A stretch of DNA of 64,000 bases from Minisyncoccota bacterium (lineage in GTDB: Bacteria > Patescibacteriota > Minisyncoccia > Phycocordibacterales > UBA1006). How positions within the stretch are numbered: position 1 is the stretch's first letter; each line of letters starts with the position of its first letter. The stretch is taken from positions 24,665 to 88,664 of the forward strand of contig JALEGN010000007.1 in NCBI GenBank assembly GCA_022763365.1, given 5' to 3'. Below the pieces are notes generated by a model. It did not search any database. It saw only the letters and a program-made list of their open reading frames with translations, and had not been told where the DNA came from. Shown here one piece after another: positions 57,385 to 64,000 of the stretch. A program made the position numbers and the translations under genes.

Positions 57385-58277
57385 ATTTTTTCTAAGATGC
57401 GAAGTTTTGCACTTCGCGAACGTTTATTTTCTAATAATTCTTCATCGGTTGCCGTTATTGGCTTTTTGGTCAGGATTCTTGCTGATCCGTTATTTTTTTG
57501 CTCTCGATAGAATTTTTTTACAATTCTATCTTCGATGCTATGGAAAGAAATTATGACCATTCTTCCTCCTTTTGATAATTTTTCAAAAGATGATTCTAGA
57601 ATTTCTTTAAGAGCTCCCATTTCATCATTGACGGCTATTCTCAGCGCTTGAAAGGTTTGGGTTGCTGGATGAATTCGTCCGTTTTTAAATTTTCCAGGGA
57701 CTGCATTCTTAATGATATCTGCTAACTCAAGAGTACTATTAATGGGTTTAATCGCTCGAGCTTCTGTTATTGCTCTGACAATACGTCCGGTAAACCGTTC
57801 TTCACCGTAACCTTTAATGATGTCAGTCAGAGATTCCTCACTCCAATCATTAACGATATCGTAGGCAGTAAATGGAGCCTGTGAACTATCATCAGCCAAA
57901 GTCATTGTAAGTGGACCATCATGCATAAATGAGAAGCCACGTTCTGGATTTTCAAACTGATTTGAGGACCAGCCTAAATCAAGAAGAATCTTATCAATAC
58001 TATCAATACTCAGATTTTCTAAGATATCATTAAGGTTTCTGGTGTTATCATGAACCAAACGAACCCCACATGTGGCATCAGATAATCGTTTTTCTGATTC
58101 ATTAAGACCATTGATGTCTTGATCAATACCAATCAGTGTTCCTTTCTCATCAAGATTTTTACTTATCTCATAAGCATGTCCACCACCATTAATAGTTCCA
58201 TCAACGATAGTGTCACCCTCTTTGATATCAAGTCCTTCAATAACCTCATTCATTAAAACTGAAATATGAACTGACAT
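57381..58277 (-). CDS. rsmH: 16S rRNA (cytosine1402-N4)-methyltransferase
   Basis: VDGTINGGGHA SAM motif and RsmH core (DLGWSSNQFE). Confidence 0.9.
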   Translation of the reverse strand: MSVHISVLMNEVIEGLDIKEGDTIVDGTINGGGHAYEISKNLDEKGTLIGIDQDINGLNESEKRLSDATCGVRLVHDNTRNLNDILENLSIDSIDKILLDLGWSSNQFENPERGFSFMHDGPLTMTLADDSSQAPFTAYDIVNDWSEESLTDIIKGYGEERFTGRIVRAITEARAIKPINSTLELADIIKNAVPGKFKNGRIHPATQTFQALRIAVNDEMGALKEILESSFEKLSKGGRMVIISFHSIEDRIVKKFYREQKNNGSARILTKKPITATDEELLENKRSRSAKLRILEKI

Positions 58278-58278
58278 A

Positions 58279-58713
58279 TTAAATCATTCCAATATCACCC
58301 AGTTTCTCTGCGACCAAATCGGCTTTCTTTTCAAGTTCTGATTGATAAGTATTCCAGCGCTCTTCATCCCATAGCTCAACACGCGTTCCAATACCAACGA
58401 CCATAACTTTTGTTTGTAAATGTGCTAAATCTTTCAAGAAATCTGGAATCAAAATTCTTCCTGCTGAGTCAATATCAACCTCTGCAGCTCCTCCCATAAA
58501 ATATCGAGTGAATGCCCGGGTATCACCTTGCCCCATTGATAGTTCGCCAAGTTTTTCAGAAAACTTCTTCCATTCTTTTGTTGAATAAACAAAGAGACAT
58601 GAATCAAGACCTTTGGTAATAACCACTGTCTTTCCCAGCTCCTTTCGAAATTTTGATGGTAGTGATAGTCGTTTTTTCGAATCGAGCGTATGTGTGTGTT
58701 CTCCTATTAACAT
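58279..58713 (-). CDS. mraZ: transcriptional regulator MraZ
   Basis: MLIGEHTHTLDSKKRLSLPSKFR... is the first of the two MraZ repeats; the second is DSAGRILIP. The start is set at the internal Met. Confidence 0.85.
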   Translation of the reverse strand: MLIGEHTHTLDSKKRLSLPSKFRKELGKTVVITKGLDSCLFVYSTKEWKKFSEKLGELSMGQGDTRAFTRYFMGGAAEVDIDSAGRILIPDFLKDLAHLQTKVMVVGIGTRVELWDEERWNTYQSELEKKADLVAEKLGDIGMI

Positions 58714-58840
58714 AAGCGTGAATAATATAAGCAACCAGATCTCGCGAATTAGATTGTTTGTACCGATGAATCGGTAGATAACAGTGAAACCAAATGGATT
58801 TATTGCTACATGAATACATTTGAGTGGTTTCACCGTTATC

Positions 58841-58880
58841 TACCACTTCATCCCACTTTAATTATATTCTATCCCACCAA
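58841..58880 (-). promoter_or_regulatory. putative MraZ operator / Pmra region (GTGGGA direct repeats)
   Basis: On the minus strand: GTGGGAT-N14-GTGGGATGAAGTGG with a TATAAT between the repeats. Repeats 2 and 3 have 10-bp phasing. Confidence 0.3.
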
Positions 58881-58994
58881 CTTTGCAAACATGAAACCAG
58901 ATAATAATTAATCATTCTGTGGATAACTTTGATTAATTGAAAAAACACGACTTAATAAATCGTGAATTTTATAATGAACATGTATAGTGTGCAT

Positions 58995-59924
58995 ATGGTA
59001 TTACTAAGTAAACTTATCTCATACTTTACTCTAAAGAAAAAAGTCATTGTCATTTGTGGACCTACAGCAACAGGTAAAACCTCCCTTTCTATTATGTTAG
59101 CTAAAAAATTTAATGCTGAAGTCATTTCTGCTGATTCAAGACAAATATATAAAGGTCTTGATATTGGTACCGCTAAGGTAACCGAAGAAGAAAAAGAAGG
59201 TGTTCCTCATCACATGCTCGATATTGCAGGCCCACAAGATATTTACTCAGTTCAAGAGTATGTTCAAGAAGCAACAAAAATTATTAGACAACTTCATAAA
59301 GAAAACAAAATTCCCATTATCTGCGGTGGTTCAGGTATGTATATTGATTCATTAGTATGTGGAACTCAATTCCCTAAGGTTCCACCAAATTACGCATTAC
59401 GAAAAGAGCTAGAAAAAAAATCTACCGATGAACTATATTCTCTCCTTAAACAACAAGATCCTAGGCGGGCTAAAACTATTGACCCCGATAACCCTGTTCG
59501 TTTAGTCCGGGCTCTTGAAGTAATCAATGCAATTGGTGTGGTACCAAAAATTAAAAAACAATCAGAATATAAAACCTTATATATTGGACTTGATCTACCT
59601 AAAGAACAATTAAACGAACGTATTAAAAAACGTATTGTTGAACGTTTCGAAAATGAAGGGATGCTCCAAGAAGCAATTGATTTGCATACAAACGGTCTCA
59701 ATTATGAACGCATGGAGCAACTTGGCTTAGAATACCGGTATATGGCCAGATACTTAGAAAAGAAAATTAGTTATGATGAAATGATTGAACAACTGACTAC
59801 TAAAACTATTCAATTTGCGAAACGCCAACGAACATGGTTTAAACGAAATAAAAACATTCAATGGTTTGATCCGCAAAAAGATAGTAGCCAAATAGTTAAG
59901 TTAACGAAAAAATTTTTTAAATAA
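58995..59924 (+). CDS. miaA: tRNA dimethylallyltransferase
   Basis: P-loop ICGPTATGKTSLS, ADSRQIYKGLDIGTAK, and the HHMLDI region. The start is uncertain and is placed at MVLLSKL. Confidence 0.85.
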   Translation: MVLLSKLISYFTLKKKVIVICGPTATGKTSLSIMLAKKFNAEVISADSRQIYKGLDIGTAKVTEEEKEGVPHHMLDIAGPQDIYSVQEYVQEATKIIRQLHKENKIPIICGGSGMYIDSLVCGTQFPKVPPNYALRKELEKKSTDELYSLLKQQDPRRAKTIDPDNPVRLVRALEVINAIGVVPKIKKQSEYKTLYIGLDLPKEQLNERIKKRIVERFENEGMLQEAIDLHTNGLNYERMEQLGLEYRYMARYLEKKISYDEMIEQLTTKTIQFAKRQRTWFKRNKNIQWFDPQKDSSQIVKLTKKFFK

Positions 59925-60318
59925 AAAGAAAGCATATGCTTTCTTTATTTTTTAAGATAATTTGATTACTTTCATTTTCAATAATAAAAGAATTTTCATT
60001 CTCTTCTATTGTTAATTCTTCGATTGAGTCTGTCGTCTTGAGAATTACTTCAAAATTTCTACTGCTCACAAGGTAATTGTATTTTTCAGTATACAATTTT
60101 AAGAAATTGTCGTTACTGGTTGCTTCTGCAGAATAACTAAACAAAGAACGATTTCCTTCCTCAAGCTCAAAAGGTATAACATCACCACCTTTTTCAAGTG
60201 CCCATAACTCTACCATCCATTCTCTTTTGGTTTCACCAGTAAGAGTTAGATACACGGAGTTGATTTCTGAAGTTAGCGGTTTCTTCTCAAGTACCTCAAA
60301 TATTTCTGTAATTTTCAT
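59917..60318 (-). CDS. hypothetical protein
   Basis: 133-aa acidic ORF with no motif. Confidence 0.3.
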   Translation of the reverse strand: MKITEIFEVLEKKPLTSEINSVYLTLTGETKREWMVELWALEKGGDVIPFELEEGNRSLFSYSAEATSNDNFLKLYTEKYNYLVSSRNFEVILKTTDSIEELTIEENENSFIIENESNQIILKNKESICFLFI

Positions 60319-60371
60319 AGGTATTTATTTTATATAATTAAAACATAAATTATAATTATTTCAATAAAAAT

Positions 60372-60397
60372 AAAACACCTATGCGGTGTTTTATTTT
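60372..60397 (-). terminator. intrinsic terminator immediately 3' of tRNA-Trp
   Basis: AAAACACC-TATGC-GGTGTTTT hairpin with a T-tract on the minus strand. Confidence 0.55.
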
Positions 60398-60398
60398 G

Positions 60399-60469
60399 CG
60401 GGCGATGAGGGAATCGAACCCCCAACTAAGGTTTTGGAGACCTCTATTATACCATTTAACTAATCGCCC
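60399..60469 (-). tRNA. tRNA-Trp (anticodon CCA)
   Basis: Reverse complement GGGCGAT-TA-GTTA-AATGGTA-TAAT-A-GAGGT-CTCCAAA-ACCTT-AGTT-GGGGG-TTCGATT-CCCTC-ATCGCCC-G folds as a canonical cloverleaf. Confidence 0.85.
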
Positions 60470-60537
60470 AAATTGGTCAGCGTTTTGACCATAGGAAAAA
60501 GGAAGTTACCTCCCTTCTCCTTGCGTTAAGAAATATA

Positions 60538-60714
60538 CTATTTCTTTTTATGCATTTTTTTTGTTTCTACGTACTCAACGTGTTTTTTTAGTTTTTTACT
60601 AAACTTTCGAAGGGTTAATTTTGCAGCATTTGCAAATTTCTTTTTATTTCGAGAAGTAACTACGTGTTCATCTGCTTCTTTTGAGTACAGTGTAATGAGG
60701 TTATCTTGTGACAT
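60538..60714 (-). CDS. rpmG: 50S ribosomal protein L33 (Cys-less, non-zinc-ribbon form)
   Basis: MSQDNLITLYSKEADEHVVTSRNKKKFANAAKLTLRKFSKKLKKHVEYVETKK aligns with L33 ITLECTEC..NY.TKNKRN.PERLELKKYCP.C.KHVLHRETK. The four Cys are replaced by Y, S, F and S. It sits directly upstream of tRNA-Trp, as is common for rpmG. Confidence 0.6.
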   Translation of the reverse strand: MSQDNLITLYSKEADEHVVTSRNKKKFANAAKLTLRKFSKKLKKHVEYVETKKMHKKK

Positions 60715-60789
60715 AATAATTCTAGAATTACGACTAATGTGTCAGTAATGAGTCCAGATTACCTGAATGCATGAAAAAATCAACCGATA

Positions 60790-61191
60790 TTAGATTTCTT
60801 TACATGAATACCCTCTTGGAGGCTGGTGTGCAACCTCACACTCAACCCCAAGATAATCAACACAATAATGATTTTCATTCTTTAATTCAGCACAAACAAT
60901 TACTTGATTATTTATTGGTGCATTTGTTTTACAGTGCAATGAGGTAGTCTTATTTTTAATAAGATCAAGAACGATACCGTTTACCTCACCTGTCGTACAA
61001 AAATTAGTAAAAGTATTTTGACGTACAGATACAAATAACATTTCTGCCTGCATGCGTGATAACTCTGATTTAATATAGTTATCACTTACATCAGCAAAGG
61101 AGTTCTTCATAAACGGTAAGGCAGCAAAAGCCATAGCTGCAATACCAATAAAAACAATGAAAAAGGTTGATTGAAATAGATAATAATTCAC
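60790..61191 (-). CDS. hypothetical Cys-rich secreted/membrane-anchored protein
   Basis: N-terminal hydrophobic segment and five Cys in the C-terminal half. Confidence 0.3.
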   Translation of the reverse strand: MNYYLFQSTFFIVFIGIAAMAFAALPFMKNSFADVSDNYIKSELSRMQAEMLFVSVRQNTFTNFCTTGEVNGIVLDLIKNKTTSLHCKTNAPINNQVIVCAELKNENHYCVDYLGVECEVAHQPPRGYSCKEI

Positions 61192-61246
61192 CTAAAAAGT
61201 ATATCAAAAAAACCCTTAATTTTCATTAAGGGTTTGTATGCATAAT

Positions 61247-61876
61247 TTAATTTTTTACGATTTCATAAGACTTATGAATTTCATTTTCCAAAATATTATT
61301 TAGATCATTTCCTAAAATAGGATCAAATCGTATTAACGCCTTGGTAAGATCAAAGAAATATTCACGAGCCTCATTTCGGTATCGCTCTTTTTTATCATCA
61401 TCCCAAACTTCATTCATTGTTCTAAGATTATGAATCCTATCAGCGACTTTTACCGCAAGTACCTGCCATATTTTGGTTTCTAGCATTGAACCAAAATATT
61501 GAGCTAATTGTTCTTCTTTAGAAGAATACGATTCCTTAGGCAATTTTGATAGCATATGAGCACCCGTTCCAATATCTTTCCCAAAAATATGAGTAAGGCG
61601 ACCTGGTACTCGCCAAATGTACGTATCCTCTGGGATATCATGAAGAAGAGCTAAACATATAGCAACATAATCAGTAACGCCAAATTCATCAATGAGAATG
61701 AGAGCTACTGAGCGCACATGTTCAAAATATCGTTCACCCCCATCACGTTCCTGATTGAGATAACCATGACCCTCTTTAGCAATATCATAAGCTAACTCCA
61801 CTAAGAATAGTTCTTGGGGTTTTAGACCAGCTAGTCTTTTAATAAACTTCTCTCGATTTTCAGTAACATTTCTCAT
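61247..61876 (-). CDS. stand-alone HD-domain protein resembling the RelA/SpoT ppGpp-hydrolase domain (SAH/Mesh1-like)
   Basis: LALLHDIPEDT and KVADRIHNLRTM match the SpoT hydrolase motifs (LHDVIEDT, KLADRLHNMRT). Confidence 0.6.
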   Translation of the reverse strand: MRNVTENREKFIKRLAGLKPQELFLVELAYDIAKEGHGYLNQERDGGERYFEHVRSVALILIDEFGVTDYVAICLALLHDIPEDTYIWRVPGRLTHIFGKDIGTGAHMLSKLPKESYSSKEEQLAQYFGSMLETKIWQVLAVKVADRIHNLRTMNEVWDDDKKERYRNEAREYFFDLTKALIRFDPILGNDLNNILENEIHKSYEIVKN

Positions 61877-62023
61877 TTTCTGAAATTTTAAAGGTTAAAC
61901 TTAATTTAATTAAAACAAATATAGAAAATAAATCAACAAACTAAAAACTATTTTAAAAAATATAAACTATGCAAATTAAAATCATATGCTATACTCTTTT
62001 CTGTTAAATTAATAACACAACTG

Positions 62024-62105
62024 CGTCGATGGCAGAGCGGTCAAATGCACGGGACTGTAAATCCTGCGACACTAGTCTACGGGGGTTCGAATCCCTCTCG
62101 GCGCA
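62024..62105 (+). tRNA. tRNA-Tyr (anticodon GTA), type II
   Basis: Acceptor GCGTCGA/TCGGCGC, anticodon stem CGGGA/TCCTG with loop CTGTAAA (GUA), long variable arm, T arm GGGGG-TTCGAAT-CCCTC, discriminator A. Confidence 0.85.
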
Positions 62106-62111
62106 CAAAAT

Positions 62112-62137
62112 AAAAAATCACCTCTTGGTGATTTTTT
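62112..62137. terminator. bidirectional intrinsic terminator (tRNA-Tyr / clpB convergent)
   Basis: AAAAAATCACC-TCTT-GGTGATTTTTT. Confidence 0.6.
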
Positions 62138-64000
62138 ATTTACTCTTAGTTGCTTTCTTAGCTACTTTTACTTTTGAGCGAACGGCTTTCTTTTTAACGA
62201 CAATCTCTCCATTTTTATCAATATCCAAGGTTATTTTTGCACCATCCTTGATGTCTTTTTTAATCATCTGCATAGCAAGGTGATTAAGAATATCATTTTG
62301 AATAAGTCGTTTTAATGGACGTGCTCCATATTGTGGATCAAACCCTTTCTCTGCTAAATAGTTAATAAGCTTCTTCGAATAGGTTACCGAAATATCTTTT
62401 TGTGATAGACGTTTGGTTACTAACTCTAGCTGGTTAACAACAATATCTTTGATCACTTTTTCTGGAAGCGTATCAAAGATAACAATATCATCGAGCCGAT
62501 TCAAAAATTCAGGTCTAAAGAAATCTTTGAGGGATTCCATGACTTTCTTTTTCGTATCGTCATATGTTTGTACGTCAGAGTTATCAGAGAATCCAATTGA
62601 TTGCATTTTCTGGAGATGATGTGAACCAAGGTTTGAAGTCATAATGATAATCGTATTTTTGAAATCAATCTTACGACCCTTTCCATCTGTTAGGTGACCA
62701 TCATCAAGGACCTGCAGAAGGATATTAAATACATCAGGGTGTGCCTTTTCAATTTCATCAAAAAGTACTACTGAATATGGTCGGTGACGTACTGCCTCGG
62801 TAAATTTACCAGCTTCATCATGACCAACATATCCTGGAGGTGAACCAATCAATTTTGACACCGAGTGTTTCTCCATGAATTCAGACATATCAACCCGGAT
62901 TAATGCCTTTTCATCGTCAAACATAAATTCGGTTAAAGCCTTAGTGAGTTCTGTTTTTCCTACTCCTGTTGGGCCAAGAAAGATAAATGAACCAATTGGT
63001 CTATTCGGGTCTCCAATACCAACACGTGAACGTCTGATGGCATGAGAAATTTTCTCAATAGCTTCATCTTGACCTTTCACGCGGTTTTGAAGGTCTTCTT
63101 CCATACGCGCTAATTTATCAGTCTCTTCTTCAATCATTCGCTGTACCGGAACCCCTGTCCAGCGTGCAACGACATGAGCAACGTCCTCTTCATTCACCTC
63201 TTCACGCAAGATACGAGATTTCTTTTGTAACCGAGCAAGTTTCTTAGATTCTTTCTCCAAACGTTTTTCAGTAACAGGAATAATTCCATAAATAATTTCA
63301 GCTACTTTTCCTAAGTCACCTTCCATTTCTGCATTTTCTGCATCCTTGGCATATTTTTCAAGTTGCTCTTTTAGTTCTGCAATAGTGGCCAAAATAGTTT
63401 TTTCATTTTTCCATTTGAGTTCTAGCTCTCTAGTGCTTTCCCTCAAATTTGCAATTTCGGCATCAATATTTTTATTTCGTTCTATTGCTTGTTTTTGTTT
63501 TGCATCTACATCTTTAGATAAAGATTCTTTTTCAATCTCAAGGCGCATGATTTTTCGATGTGCTTCCTCAAGTGCCGCAGGTTTATTTTCCAAAGAAATT
63601 TTTAACGCTGAAGCTGCCTCGTCAACAAGGTCAACCGCCTTATCAGGAAGATATCGATTCGTAATATATCGTGATGATAGTGTTACTGCAGCAACAATAG
63701 CATCATCAGTAATCTGTACTCCATGATAAAGTTCGTATTTAGATTTTAAACCTCGAAGAATTGCCGTTGCATCCTCAATCGAAGGTTCATTAACCGTAAT
63801 TGGTTGAAAACGTCTTACTAAGGCTGCATCTTTTTCAAAATGTTTTTGATACTCTGCCAGCGTAGTTGCACCAATAGCTCTAAATTCTCCACGAGCAAGA
63901 GCTGGTTTTAACATATTCGCAGCGTCCATTGATCCCTCTGAAGCTCCTGCACCAATCATGGTATGTATTTCGTCAATAAACAGAATAACCTGCCCTTCTG
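62136..64000 (-). CDS. clpB: ATP-dependent chaperone ClpB (Hsp100), C-terminal ~620 aa; gene continues past the window end
   Basis: Second AAA+ module (GPTGVGKTE, sensor [17 protein letters not shown], Walker [12 protein letters not shown]), coiled-coil M-domain, and [16 protein letters not shown] from the first module at the window edge. Confidence 0.85.
   Translation of the reverse strand, partial: EGQVILFIDEIHTMIGAGASEGSMDAANMLKPALARGEFRAIGATTLAEYQKHFEKDAALVRRFQPITVNEPSIEDATAILRGLKSKYELYHGVQITDDAIVAAVTLSSRYITNRYLPDKAVDLVDEAASALKISLENKPAALEEAHRKIMRLEIEKESLSKDVDAKQKQAIERNKNIDAEIANLRESTRELELKWKNEKTILATIAELKEQLEKYAKDAENAEMEGDLGKVAEIIYGIIPVTEKRLEKESKKLARLQKKSRILREEVNEEDVAHVVARWTGVPVQRMIEEETDKLARMEEDLQNRVKGQDEAIEKISHAIRRSRVGIGDPNRPIGSFIFLGPTGVGKTELTKALTEFMFDDEKALIRVDMSEFMEKHSVSKLIGSPPGYVGHDEAGKFTEAVRHRPYSVVLFDEIEKAHPDVFNILLQVLDDGHLTDGKGRKIDFKNTIIIMTSNLGSHHLQKMQSIGFSDNSDVQTYDDTKKKVMESLKDFFRPEFLNRLDDIVIFDTLPEKVIKDIVVNQLELVTKRLSQKDISVTYSKKLINYLAEKGFDPQYGARPLKRLIQNDILNHLAMQMIKKDIKDGAKITLDIDKNGEIVVKKKAVRSKVKVAKKATKSK

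Noticed and set aside
57236-57556. 106-aa plus-strand ORF across the ftsL-like / rsmH junction
   Set aside because: It is antisense to two well-supported dcw genes, and its hydrophobic low-complexity translation is typical of antisense AT-rich coding DNA.
62029-62283. 84-aa plus-strand ORF (MAERSNARDCKSCDTS...)
   Set aside because: It is a translation of tRNA-Tyr plus the terminator hairpin, and it overlaps the clpB 3' end on the other strand.
1-64000. CRISPR array or tandem repeat array
   Set aside because: The recurrent AAAACACC..GGTGTTTT hairpins are dispersed single terminators at gene ends. They are not regularly spaced direct repeats with spacers, and no cas genes are present.

Overview
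This is a low-GC (~32-34%) bacterial window that is mostly compact core genome, with most genes on the minus strand. It carries many domain-minimised housekeeping genes: atpB-atpE-atpF(partial), prfA, rpmE, rplY, pheS-pheT, gatB, obg, leuS, pyrG, rel, lysS, greA, gdh, mscL, ftsE-ftsX, prfB, mraZ-rsmH-ftsL-ftsI, miaA, rpmG and clpB(partial), plus two class-B PBPs. Five tRNAs are present: Ile-GAT, Leu-CAA, Gln-CTG, Trp-CCA and Tyr-GTA. Many signal peptides end in ...AQ, which is Bacteroidota-like, but the reduced aaRS and release factors mean the lineage cannot be fixed from sequence alone. I saw no CRISPR array, transposase or integrase. Accessory content includes an RND efflux operon with a CsoR/FrmR-family regulator lacking metal ligands, a DsbA-like protein beside a CxxC membrane protein, an ATP-cone + PD-(D/E)xK nuclease, an exonuclease-X-like/RmuC pair, a GH3-family adenylating enzyme, a type IV pilin-like gene, a CAP-domain protein, a MYG1-family protein and a stand-alone ppGpp-hydrolase-like HD protein. 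The most unusual observations are: (i) a ~170-aa Nudix-like domain inserted into LeuRS just before the CP1 editing domain; (ii) a ParB-like protein with a ~215-aa Q/N/Y-rich tail ending in an amphipathic motif; (iii) a 620-bp intergenic tRNA-Leu locus with tRNA-derived fragments and an extended flanking inverted repeat; (iv) a DoxX-like gene interrupted by an in-frame TAA; (v) a recurrent ACACC..GGTGT core in intrinsic terminators.
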